DNA of 64,000 nt from Candidatus Campbellbacteria bacterium GW2011_OD1_34_28 (GTDB taxonomy: Bacteria; Patescibacteriota; Minisyncoccia; Phycocordibacterales; UBA12079). Position 1 is the stretch's first letter, and the number at the start of each line of letters is the position of its first letter. Shown in pieces: positions 28,776 to 37,559 of the stretch. Made by a program: the position numbers and the translations under genes. The DNA lies in the NCBI GenBank assembly GCA_001029775.1, contig CP011215.1, forward strand, positions 618,303 to 682,302, written 5' to 3'. The notes under the pieces are model-generated. The model was given only the letters and a program-made list of their open reading frames with translations, was not told the origin of the DNA and did no database searches.

Positions 28776-28831
28776 CTATATTTAAAACAATAACAGCCGA
28801 AGATTTCGCACACGAAACCTTCGGCTGTTTT

Positions 28832-29539
28832 TTATTCTTGATCCTCAAGTTCAAGCTTCTCAAGACGCTGAATTTCTTTTTTCAACTCGTCTTGTTTTTC
28901 TTCAAAATAATTTCTTATTTCTCTCAGTTGCTGAAAGAAAAAATTAAGTTTGAAAGGAAGAATATTTTCTTTAAATAAATAAGCGCTAGATAGCCCTCCT
29001 TCCACCAATTTAAACTCTGGAAAATATCCACATTTAGCGGGGTAATTTAAAGACTGAGTTATATCCAAAAAAATACCCAAAAGTTTGTCATATCCTCCGT
29101 CATGTTCACCAAACCGTAAAGAAGAACGAAGTTGAATAACACATCCAGAAAGAAATTGTGCCGTGCAATCTTCACTTAGTAAAGACGAGTCAATTTTTTC
29201 TTTTTTTGAACCAATCACCAACACCCAAGCGGGGTGTCGTAAAATATTTTTTGATCTGGAGAGATACTCAAAAACAAGACTCATTGCAGTTACGACGTTG
29301 TTTTTGTATAACTCGTTAATTTCCTTTATCTCTGTGATTATATATTTTTCGTATGCCCTCTTTTCGGAAAAAACCTGCCAAACGAGTGACAAAAGTAGCC
29401 CAAAAAAAGAAGACAAAGAAAGTATAAACAAAGATCCCTTACCACTCAAAGCTGAATCTTGTGTAACAAAAGTTTTTAAAAGACACAAAAAAGCTAATAA
29501 CAAAATAAAAAAGAAAACGGAACGGACAAAAATCATCAT
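28832..29539 (-). CDS. Hypothetical 2-TM membrane protein, probable distant paralog of 27933..28643
   Basis: Same size and topology; shared LLG, FP, KEN and EI.RL motifs in order; AAGGAG SD. Confidence 0.65.
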   Translation of the reverse strand: MMIFVRSVFFFILLLAFLCLLKTFVTQDSALSGKGSLFILSLSSFFGLLLSLVWQVFSEKRAYEKYIITEIKEINELYKNNVVTAMSLVFEYLSRSKNILRHPAWVLVIGSKKEKIDSSLLSEDCTAQFLSGCVIQLRSSLRFGEHDGGYDKLLGIFLDITQSLNYPAKCGYFPEFKLVEGGLSSAYLFKENILPFKLNFFFQQLREIRNYFEEKQDELKKEIQRLEKLELEDQE

Positions 29540-29679
29540 AATGTTACTCCTTTGTTAAATTTATGTTTGTGTAGAACAAATATCTGAAGCTAATATCCCA
29601 CAAAGACACCTAAAAAGTCAAGGAAAATATAAAACAACCCAATTGAGACATCCGACGTCTCAATTGGGTTGTTTTTATT

Positions 29680-29961
29680 TTAAAGATTCAAAAGATCCAA
29701 GGGGTCAATTTCATCCCAGTTTTCCAATATAATAATTCCATCAGAGCCGACAGAACGAACAAGAGCTTTTATGCCGTCCCCCAAATTAATTTCTTCTCCT
29801 TTTTTAATCTTCTTATCAAAAATAATATCAAACCTTTTTGATCTTTTTTCTTTATCAATCTGTTCTTTGGCAATATTTTCAACATTGGCATAATGCCATT
29901 CTCGGGCAAAATTGGCCCTTTGCGCCTTTACTGCAGCGTGTGAACCACCCTGTCTTTTCAT
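29680..29961 (-). CDS. Hypothetical protein
   Basis: GGGAG SD before MKRQGG. Confidence 0.65.
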   Translation of the reverse strand: MKRQGGSHAAVKAQRANFAREWHYANVENIAKEQIDKEKRSKRFDIIFDKKIKKGEEINLGDGIKALVRSVGSDGIIILENWDEIDPLDLLNL

Positions 29962-30096
29962 ATTTGCTCCCTTTGACAAAGTTAAACAAAAAAAGAATCT
30001 AAAAGAAAGATTAACACATAGAATAAATTAAGAAAAGCCATCAATCTTTCTGGGTTGCTTCTTACACCCTACACCTTACACCTTTCTCCTTATACC

Positions 30097-31305
30097 TTAT
30101 TCCTTCTTATATCTTTTCAAAAAATCTTTTTTAAGCTCGTCAAAATTTTCGTCCATTATAGATTGACGAATGTCTTGAACCAGTTTGTTTATAAAGTACA
30201 AATTATGAATTGTTGCTAGAGTACTACCCAACATCTCTTTTGCTCTAAACAAGTGAGACAAATAACTTTTTGTATAATTTTTGCAGGTATAACATCCACA
30301 GTCTTTTTCAATAGGCGAAAAATCGTCCTTGAATTTTGCATTCAAAATATTTATTTTTCCGTCCTTGGTATGCAAAGAACCGTTTCGAGCCATTCGTGTT
30401 GGAGCAACACAATCAAACAAATCTATTCCATTTTCTACCCCACCAAACAAATCTTCTGGCTCACCTATTCCCAACAAATGTCGGGGCTTCCCTTCTGGCA
30501 ATATTTTATTTACCCAACCAACAGCAGTATTCATATCTTCTTTGTTAAAAGATCCACCAATCCCAAATCCATCAAAATCCATTTTCGATATCACCTCGGC
30601 ACTTTCTTTTCTTAAATCCTCAAATCGTCCTCCTTGTACAATTCCAAAAAGAGAAATTTTATCTTCTATATTAAGTTTTTTATGTTCATCCAAACTTCTT
30701 TCCGCCCAACGATGTGTCCTGTCCATTGCTTCTCTTTGATAATCATAATCTGCATTTGGCGAAGTGCATTCATCAAATGCAAAAATCATATCTGCTCCGA
30801 TATTGTGTTGAATCTGAATTGATTTTTCAGGAGTAAATTTATGAAGACTACCATCTATATGTGATTTAAAAGTAACACCGTCCTCGTCTATCTTTGCCAA
30901 TGAACAACCCTCGCCATCACTCATCTCTCCACATCTATTCACAATATCTTTTTTGTCTGCTGATGCAATTTTGCTAACTCCGCTACCAAACGCCACACCA
31001 AGCGAAAAAGCCTGAAAACCACCCGAGTCTGTCATCGTCGGTCCAAACCAATTCATCATTTTGTGCAAACCGCCAGCATTTTTAACAATTTCATCCCCTG
31101 GTTGCAAATACAAATGATAGGTATTAGCAAGCACCACCTGTGCGCCCAAATCTTTTACCTGCTCCATCGTCAAAGCCTTCACAGTTGCTTTTGTTCCCAC
31201 CGTAACAAACGACGGCGTCAAAATTTTCCCATGAGGAGTTTCTAAAACACCGGCTCGTGCCAATGTTCCTTCCATCTTCTTTTCGATGTTAAATTTTATA
31301 GACAT
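30097..31305 (-). CDS. tgt: Queuine tRNA-ribosyltransferase
   Basis: LANTYHLYLQPG, TDSGGFQ, GIVQGG, DLFDCVAPTR, CGCYTC..H zinc site; start reassigned to MSIKF. Confidence 0.96.
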   Translation of the reverse strand: MSIKFNIEKKMEGTLARAGVLETPHGKILTPSFVTVGTKATVKALTMEQVKDLGAQVVLANTYHLYLQPGDEIVKNAGGLHKMMNWFGPTMTDSGGFQAFSLGVAFGSGVSKIASADKKDIVNRCGEMSDGEGCSLAKIDEDGVTFKSHIDGSLHKFTPEKSIQIQHNIGADMIFAFDECTSPNADYDYQREAMDRTHRWAERSLDEHKKLNIEDKISLFGIVQGGRFEDLRKESAEVISKMDFDGFGIGGSFNKEDMNTAVGWVNKILPEGKPRHLLGIGEPEDLFGGVENGIDLFDCVAPTRMARNGSLHTKDGKINILNAKFKDDFSPIEKDCGCYTCKNYTKSYLSHLFRAKEMLGSTLATIHNLYFINKLVQDIRQSIMDENFDELKKDFLKRYKKE

Positions 31306-31376
31306 AATGAAACAGTATAAAGTCTGGAAAGTCGAAAGTCCATAAAAATTGTTTACCAAAAAACTCACGAGGTCTG

Positions 31377-31418
31377 AAATGTGCAAAGTTTTGACGACCG
31401 TCAAAACTTTGCACATTT
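31377..31418. repeat. CG-AC-CG-centred perfect palindrome (20-bp arms)
   Basis: AAATGTGCAAAGTTTTGACG-AC-CGTCAAAACTTTGCACATTT between divergent tgt and def. Confidence 0.9.
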
Positions 31419-31499
31419 TAAACACCTCTTAATACCTAGTGTATTCAAATATTAAATACCCGCTTGCACAGGCAAGCTTGCTACTTTATACTAAATTCA

Positions 31500-32003
31500 A
31501 TGTTAGAGATATTGCAAAAAGGCAATCCTATACTAAATAAGAAGGCGTCGGAGATAAAACCCGATGATATTTCGTCTACCCAAATTCAAGATTTGATAAA
31601 AGAAATGAAAGAGATATTGAGCAAAAAAAATGATGGGGCCGCTTTGGCAGCACCTCAAATCGGAAAATCTGTTCGTCTTTTTATAATCGCTGAAAATGTT
31701 TTCACCGAGGAAGAATCCAACATGGTTTTTATTAATCCAAAAATAATTGAACAATCGGAAGAAAAAGAATGGATGGAAGAAGGATGTCTCAGTGTGAAAG
31801 GAATATACGGAAAAGTAAACCGTTCAACATCTTGTACAATCAGAGCTTATGATTTGCAGGGAGAAATTTTTACTCAAAAAGGACACGGCTTAATCTCTCA
31901 GATTTTTCAACACGAAGTGGATCACCTAAACGGAATATTGTTTACAGAAAAAGCGAAAGACTTGTTCCAAGTAGATGACGAAAACCAAAACAAAAAACTG
32001 TAA
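31500..32003 (+). CDS. def: Peptide deformylase
   Basis: GAALAAPQIG, EGCLSV, QHEVDHLNG. Confidence 0.95.
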   Translation: MLEILQKGNPILNKKASEIKPDDISSTQIQDLIKEMKEILSKKNDGAALAAPQIGKSVRLFIIAENVFTEEESNMVFINPKIIEQSEEKEWMEEGCLSVKGIYGKVNRSTSCTIRAYDLQGEIFTQKGHGLISQIFQHEVDHLNGILFTEKAKDLFQVDDENQNKKL

Positions 32004-32035
32004 AATTTAGAAATTTTACAGTTTTTTGTTTTGGT
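31984..32035. terminator. Long perfect palindrome (25-bp arms) over the def stop; probable bidirectional terminator
   Basis: ACCAAAACAAAAAACTGTAAAATTT-AG-AAATTTTACAGTTTTTTGTTTTGGT. Confidence 0.6.
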
Positions 32036-32098
32036 AATTTAAATTATCAAACTATTCAAGTATTCAATTGAATATGAGAAATATAAAAGCCGTCTTCA

Positions 32099-32323
32099 TC
32101 AGACGGCTTTTTCTTCACAAATTGTGGGTGCTTCCAAAATTCTGCGTATTTCAACAAGAAAATGAGAGGCTAATAAAATAAAAAATATAGAAAGACCTCT
32201 AGAACAGACTACATCTGCCAAAAATAAAAATAAGATAAACAGACAAAGTAAAACAAAAAAATCACTCGTGTTATCTTCAACGATAACGACTTTCCCATCT
32301 CTGATGTATATTTTTTCTCTCAT
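32099..32323 (-). CDS. Small hypothetical membrane protein
   Basis: GAGG SD overlapping the upstream TGA, MREKIY start, two hydrophobic stretches. Confidence 0.5.
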   Translation of the reverse strand: MREKIYIRDGKVVIVEDNTSDFFVLLCLFILFLFLADVVCSRGLSIFFILLASHFLVEIRRILEAPTICEEKAV

Positions 32324-32330
32324 TTTTTCC

Positions 32331-32555
32331 TCACAGTCCTGGATCAAGCTTGGTATGGATCTCGGCGCAAACATCTGCAAAATCAACGGTCATTTCGCCA
32401 GCAACTCTCAAACGTTCGTCATAAATTTCTCTCAGATGTGTAGTGGATTTTTCAAAAGATTCTTCACTGGCAAAGGTTGTTTCCAAATAGGCCTTTTTCA
32501 TAATTTCTAAAAATTCACTGAAAGAAATTTTTCTCTCTTTGGCTAAACTGTGCAT
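32331..32555 (-). CDS. Small hypothetical protein
   Basis: AGGGGG SD, 74 aa. Confidence 0.5.
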   Translation of the reverse strand: MHSLAKERKISFSEFLEIMKKAYLETTFASEESFEKSTTHLREIYDERLRVAGEMTVDFADVCAEIHTKLDPGL

Positions 32556-32628
32556 CTTCCCCCCTTTCTTGTTGTTAATAAAACAATGATCTATAATGAA
32601 TATAATCTTAAATAAAAATTAAATCAAT

Positions 32629-33489
32629 ATGGTGAATTTAAAGATAGCGTTTTTTGGGACACCAGAATTTTCTGCAAGAATTTTGGATAAAATGAAAGAG
32701 GGAGAATTTTCTCCATCTTTAATAATTGCAACACCCGACAAACCAAAAGGAAGGAATCTTGTTATGACACCGCCCTCAACAAAAATATGGGCAGAACAAA
32801 ATAATATTGATGTCCTACAGCCAACAAAACTAAAAGCTCCTGAATTTTTAGACGAATTAAAAAAGACCGACTGGGATTTATTTGTCGTTGCTTCGTACGG
32901 TAAAATAATTCCTCAAGATGTTTTGGATATTCCCAAATACGGAACAATAAATATCCACCCTTCTTTGTTGCCTCGTCTTCGAGGGGCTTCTCCAATGCAG
33001 TCCGCGATTTTAAAAGAGAACGAAACAGGAATGACAATAATGCTAATGGATGCTGATATGGATCACGGTCCTATACTGAAACAAGAAAAATTGGATATCA
33101 AAAAATGGCCTCCAAAAATTAATGAACTGGAGGACATGATGGTAGAAGTCGGAGGAAGACTTTTAAACGAAGTTATACCACTATGGATAAGTGGAAAAAT
33201 AAAACCAAAAGAACAAGATCATAACAAAGCAACATATATTGATAAGATAAACAAAGAAGAAGCTCTAATAAATTTTGATGATGATCCTTTTTGGAATTAT
33301 AGAAAAATACAAGCCTTGCAAAATTATAAACCTTATTTTTTTACAGAAAGAAATGACAAAAAAATAAGAATAATAATCAAAGAAGCAAAATTTGAAGATG
33401 GAGAGTTGATAATTATGAAAGTATTGCCGGAAGGAAAAAAAGAAATGGATTATCAAGATTTTTTGAGAGGAAGTAACAATAAGGTGTAA
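32629..33489 (+). CDS. fmt: Methionyl-tRNA formyltransferase
   Basis: FFGTPEF, PDKPKGR, INIHPSLLPRLRGASP, MDHGPI. Confidence 0.95.
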   Translation: MVNLKIAFFGTPEFSARILDKMKEGEFSPSLIIATPDKPKGRNLVMTPPSTKIWAEQNNIDVLQPTKLKAPEFLDELKKTDWDLFVVASYGKIIPQDVLDIPKYGTINIHPSLLPRLRGASPMQSAILKENETGMTIMLMDADMDHGPILKQEKLDIKKWPPKINELEDMMVEVGGRLLNEVIPLWISGKIKPKEQDHNKATYIDKINKEEALINFDDDPFWNYRKIQALQNYKPYFFTERNDKKIRIIIKEAKFEDGELIIMKVLPEGKKEMDYQDFLRGSNNKV

Positions 33490-33599
33490 GGAGTAAGGTA
33501 TAAGGAATAAGGGGTAAGTAATAAGAAAAGAAACGAGAAAAGAGGGAAATTTGCGAAGCAAATTTCCCTCTTTTTCAGCCACTTACTTCGATTCAAAAA

Positions 33600-33716
33600 T
33601 AAACCCAAATTTGAATGAAGTTTGAGGAAGTAAAAGAAAAAGCCCTGAGGCGTATATACCATACGATGAAGGGCTTTTTCTTGAAACTGACGAAAAAATT
33701 CGTCAAATTTGGATTA
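33600..33716. mobile_element. ~117-bp MITE-like element, copy 2
   Basis: Homologous to 5963-6079; both abut a minus-strand TAA stop. Confidence 0.6.
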
Positions 33717-34349
33717 TTTAAGAGTGATTTTGTTTATAACGATATCCACCAAAGGCTGATTATTTATCGGATTGGTTGGAGATTCACTAATCATTTTTGC
33801 AACGTCCATCCCCTTTTTTACTTTTCCAAAAACGGTATGTGCATTATCCAAATGTCTATTGTCCACGACATTTATAAAAAATTGGCTTCCGTTTGTATTT
33901 GGTCCTGCATTTGCCATTGCGATTGTTCCTGCTAAATGAAAATTGTTTGCATGTATTTCATCTTCAAAAGTATATCCGGGTCCACCTGTTCCCCACTGAT
34001 TTTTCTTCGTATCGTCTTTTGACAATGGATCCCCTCCCTGAATCATAAATTGCGGAATAACTCGATGAAATTTTGTTCCATTATAAAAACCATTTTCAGC
34101 CAATTTTATAAAATTGTTTACAGTCAAAGGAGCATCTTCTTGAAAAAACTCTATTTCAATAACTCCCAAATTTGTATCTATTATTACCCCAGAAACAGAA
34201 TTGTTAACCGCAGAAACTGCTCTAGCTGTAAAATCCCCCTCTTTTTTTATAGACTCACTCATAACATTAAAAAGAAAAACTACTATTAATGAAACACCGA
34301 CGATAGCTGAATATGCTACCCACGAATTTATTTTCTCGTTTGCAATCAT
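33714..34349 (-). CDS. Cyclophilin-type peptidyl-prolyl isomerase with N-terminal TM
   Basis: FHRVIPQFMIQGGD, MANAGPNTNGSQFFI, HTVFG. Confidence 0.94.
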   Translation of the reverse strand: MIANEKINSWVAYSAIVGVSLIVVFLFNVMSESIKKEGDFTARAVSAVNNSVSGVIIDTNLGVIEIEFFQEDAPLTVNNFIKLAENGFYNGTKFHRVIPQFMIQGGDPLSKDDTKKNQWGTGGPGYTFEDEIHANNFHLAGTIAMANAGPNTNGSQFFINVVDNRHLDNAHTVFGKVKKGMDVAKMISESPTNPINNQPLVDIVINKITLK

Positions 34350-34364
34350 AATTATTTATTAAAA

Positions 34365-34730
34365 TTAAAACTTCTTGAAACCTCTAAGCAAATCTTTCGC
34401 TTTTGACGCTCCTCTTTTAAAAATGCTTCTTTTTTTATCTTTGTAAGAAATTATTTTTCTTTCTACCGCTTCTTTCACATCATCAATCGCAACATACATA
34501 TCGGCATTTTCTGCAACAGCACCAAAATTTTTTCCAGCTGTATGCAAACTTACTTCCGCTTTAAACATATCTCCTGCCCTACCTGTTTCTTTGCTCACTC
34601 TGGCATTACATTCAACGCTCTCGTCACTTTGATCAATATATTTATCCAACACGTTCAATTTTTCTCTAAAATGTTGATCAATGGCTGGAGTCACCTCCAT
34701 ATTGATACCTTGTATTTTTAAATTTCTCAT
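34365..34730 (-). CDS. hpf: Ribosome hibernation promoting factor (RaiA/HPF)
   Basis: I.G.NMEVTPAI, DMYVAID pattern. Confidence 0.85.
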   Translation of the reverse strand: MRNLKIQGINMEVTPAIDQHFREKLNVLDKYIDQSDESVECNARVSKETGRAGDMFKAEVSLHTAGKNFGAVAENADMYVAIDDVKEAVERKIISYKDKKRSIFKRGASKAKDLLRGFKKF

Positions 34731-34757
34731 GAGTCTATTATATTAATTAATAATTTT

Positions 34758-34982
34758 TTAATCAATGTTAATACTCAGCAGTTTTGAAGGTGATTGGTGT
34801 CCATTAATGATTTTTACTTTTCCCTCAACAACTCCAAAATGACGAGCCACAAGTTCTATTATTTTTTTGTTTGCCATATTCATTTCCGCTTTCTCTTTTA
34901 CTTTTATTTCAAAACGGTTTTCAGAAGTTTGGACAACCTCTTCTCTTTTTGATTTAGGATATGCTTTTACTTTTATATACAT
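34758..34982 (-). CDS. DUF167/YggU family protein
   Basis: KVKAYPKS, AN..II..VA..F.V, I.NG.QS..K. Confidence 0.85.
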   Translation of the reverse strand: MYIKVKAYPKSKREEVVQTSENRFEIKVKEKAEMNMANKKIIELVARHFGVVEGKVKIINGHQSPSKLLSINID

Positions 34983-34994
34983 ATATAAATAAAA

Positions 34995-35339
34995 CTATAT
35001 TTGAGTTGCGTATTTTCTTTTGTCTGTTTTTTCTGCCCATTCATAAAAAGCACTAAAAATGGCAATATAAACAGCAACGACAAGAAAAGAAAACAAAACA
35101 GTAAAAAAACCATTTCCGTTTCCAAAAGATGATTCAAGCTCTGCTACAAATTGCATTACATTTGCAGATATGTCTGGAAAAAATATAGCAACAGGCATAA
35201 ACAAGAAAACAGCAACACTAATAAAAGGTTCGGCATAGCTATAATCAATAGGAACAATGAGCATTGCCGAAACACCGTAAATGAGGAGGAACATTAAAAT
35301 GATTATGGCGACTTTAAAGATATATAGTATTTCACTCAT
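34995..35339 (-). CDS. Hypothetical membrane protein
   Basis: Three hydrophobic segments. Confidence 0.65.
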   Translation of the reverse strand: MSEILYIFKVAIIILMFLLIYGVSAMLIVPIDYSYAEPFISVAVFLFMPVAIFFPDISANVMQFVAELESSFGNGNGFFTVLFSFLVVAVYIAIFSAFYEWAEKTDKRKYATQI

Positions 35340-35439
35340 ACAAATATTATACCACCAAAAAACCCGAATTAAACATTTTACTTTTTCAAAATTTTTGTTA
35401 ATATTGTATCTGTTAAGTTAATACAGGACTTAATAACAT

Positions 35440-35554
35440 TCCGCGGTAGCTCAGTTGGCTAAAAAGCGTTTAAGCTTTTTAGGTGGTTTCGAGCGAAGCG
35501 AGAAAATTGTCCAAGTCGAGTTTACGAGACAGGACAATAAATGGAAGAGCGATC
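35440..35554 (+). pseudogene. tRNA-Asn 5' fragment interrupted in the D-loop by a structured insert
   Basis: TCCGCGGTAGCTCAGTTGG + about 83 nt + TGGAAGAGCGATC. Confidence 0.65.
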
Positions 35555-35624
35555 CTTTGAATACAGTCGTTCGCGATTTGTGCTAAAGATCATGTCTTCT
35601 AATTGTAGTTTTGAAAATAAATAT

Positions 35625-35697
<73 letters not shown>

Positions 35698-35703
35698 CAA
35701 AAA

Positions 35704-35927
35704 CGATTAAGTCCCAATATGCAATATTGGGGCTTTTTCGTTTTCTTTCGCGGCAGGACTCGAACCGAGCGAAGTATGAAGGAGCGACTGAAAGGAGCGA
35801 CGAACACGAGCGAGCGGGGGTCGAGAGTTCTTAGTGAAATTGAGTCCCGAAGGGCAAAAATTTCACTTAGAACTGGCGACCAAGTCCTGCCCGCTCTGAA
35901 CTAAAAACCGGCGACCGAGTCCTACCC
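35704..35927 (+). repeat. Structured module with inverted and direct copies of the tRNA-Asn T-arm/3' end
   Basis: GCAGGACTCGAACC at 35753; CTTAG..CTTAG hairpin 35819-35881; AGTCCTGCCCGC at 35883. Confidence 0.7.
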
Positions 35928-35990
35928 ACAAAACAAAATACAAACAAAAAATCCCCAACATCATTGGGGATTTTTAAATAAAATTTAGAT

Positions 35991-36317
35991 TTAGAAATGT
36001 TTTGCCAAATGCTTCCACCCAGCTTTTACTTCTTTACTCAAATCCTTAACTTCTTCTTCTGTCATCTTCTTTGCTTTCCCATATTTTACAACGGACTCCT
36101 CCATAAATTTTTTAAAATCTTCCTCGGTCATTTTCTTAACTTTCTTAATTTTAGGAGATACTGATTTATAAAAATCTGCGATATGCTTTTTAACATCTTT
36201 TTGTACCTCTTTCCCCTTTTTTGAAGTAATGAATAATCCAGCAGCAACACCTAGAACGGCCCCTGCTAAAGCTCCTTCCATTACTTTTTTTGTTCCGCTA
36301 ACTTTTTTATTTGACAT
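35991..36317 (-). CDS. YtxH-like protein
   Basis: GALAGAVLGVAAGLFITSKKGKE motif. Confidence 0.75.
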   Translation of the reverse strand: MSNKKVSGTKKVMEGALAGAVLGVAAGLFITSKKGKEVQKDVKKHIADFYKSVSPKIKKVKKMTEEDFKKFMEESVVKYGKAKKMTEEEVKDLSKEVKAGWKHLAKHF

Positions 36318-36346
36318 ATTTTTATTTTTTTTAATTTATTAAATAA

Positions 36347-36625
36347 TTATTTTTTAGACTTTTTCTTGTTTTTTACAGATTCTTCTTTTTTCTTGAAAAA
36401 AAATGAAAGGATCGGCAATGTAGCTAAAGTCTTTAAAACATACTCTAAATTATCAGACAAATCTTCTGACATCTCTTCTATATTTTCAGATATCTTATCT
36501 AAAGATCTGGCAACTTTAATTAAGTGGTAAAAAATAATAATTGTCAGAACGCCTAATATAATTACTGCAAAAGACACAGAAAGATAAAATAATATTTGTG
36601 AAAAAATTAAAATGTTTATTACCAT
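36347..36625 (-). CDS. DUF948/YtxG-like membrane protein
   Basis: N-terminal TM plus coiled coil, upstream of the YtxH-like gene. Confidence 0.6.
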   Translation of the reverse strand: MVINILIFSQILFYLSVSFAVIILGVLTIIIFYHLIKVARSLDKISENIEEMSEDLSDNLEYVLKTLATLPILSFFFKKKEESVKNKKKSKK

Positions 36626-36748
36626 AGAATAATTTTAGCACGAAATATTATGAAAAAATATAGCCCCTTTACAGCACAAATATAAAAATGTATATTTCGG
36701 GCAGAAACGGTAGTTAAAATCAACAAAAAATATGGGAGGAACAAATAA

Positions 36749-37099
36749 ATGAAGGCAAAACTTGACGGAACACCCGTTAAATTTGATCAACCATTTCTCT
36801 GTTTAAGAACGACAACGAAAAATGTTGGCTGTGTTGGTGATATGTACATTGATGTTGGAGGAAAAGTAAAACTCTACATCGATAATAAAAATAAACCCAC
36901 ATCCAAACTTATAGAGCTTTGCAAGCTTCTTGCTTCCAGAGGTCACAAAGTAACACATTTTGGAACATATGAGGGATCAGCTGGTCCTAACTACATTTTA
37001 AAATGTGGGGCATTGTTTACCCGCTGGGGAAAATTTGAAACAGGCGAAGGAAAAGAAATTAAAAAATTTAAAACTCCAGAGTATTTAAGACATTGGTAA
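36749..37099 (+). CDS. Hypothetical protein
   Basis: GGGAGG SD, 116 aa. Confidence 0.6.
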   Translation: MKAKLDGTPVKFDQPFLCLRTTTKNVGCVGDMYIDVGGKVKLYIDNKNKPTSKLIELCKLLASRGHKVTHFGTYEGSAGPNYILKCGALFTRWGKFETGEGKEIKKFKTPEYLRHW

Positions 37100-37125
37100 T
37101 AATACCGAAACAAGGAGGCCAAACA

Positions 37126-37380
37126 GTGTCAGATCAATCGTTGCAATATTGGAGAAAAAAACAAGCAGCTAACGACAACAACCCCAACAAAATACTCCTC
37201 TTGTTTGATATGAGAACAGCACACGCTCTTTTTGAACACAGCCTCAATGCCGAGACAGCTTCAAAAATGACAGACAAAGAGTTGCTGTCTCTAAAAAATA
37301 TTGGACCCACGGCTGTAAAATCTATCAGGAAAGCAATGAGAACCGCGCAAAAAGACAAAGGCGAAAAATTCTCTGTTTAA
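37126..37380 (+). CDS. Small protein with RNAP alpha-CTD-like helix-hairpin-helix domain
   Basis: RTAHAL...MTDKELLSLKNIGPTAVKSI; AAGGAGG before GTG at 37126. Confidence 0.6.
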   Translation: MSDQSLQYWRKKQAANDNNPNKILLLFDMRTAHALFEHSLNAETASKMTDKELLSLKNIGPTAVKSIRKAMRTAQKDKGEKFSV

Positions 37381-37559
37381 ATTATTTATCTAAATACCCC
37401 AAATAATAGTTCGAAAAACCGAGATCAGATAATAAGAAAAACAGCTGATTTTCAAAACCACCCCTACGGGTGGTTTTTTGTTTCCTACTTGGTAACTTAT
37501 TGTTACAATATTTATATTAAAGACTTAAAAAGTTTAAGATAAGTATTTTTTTATAAAAT

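Noticed and set aside
31306-31425. N-terminal extension of Tgt (similarly UvrB, Def, cytochrome b5, Csp)
   Set aside because: The extensions run through promoter or palindrome DNA; family similarity begins at downstream Met codons.
32099-32555. Frameshifted single gene or TGA readthrough (code 25)
   Set aside because: An SD and ATG directly follow the TGA, fitting two coupled small genes; conserved Trp positions in core genes use TGG.
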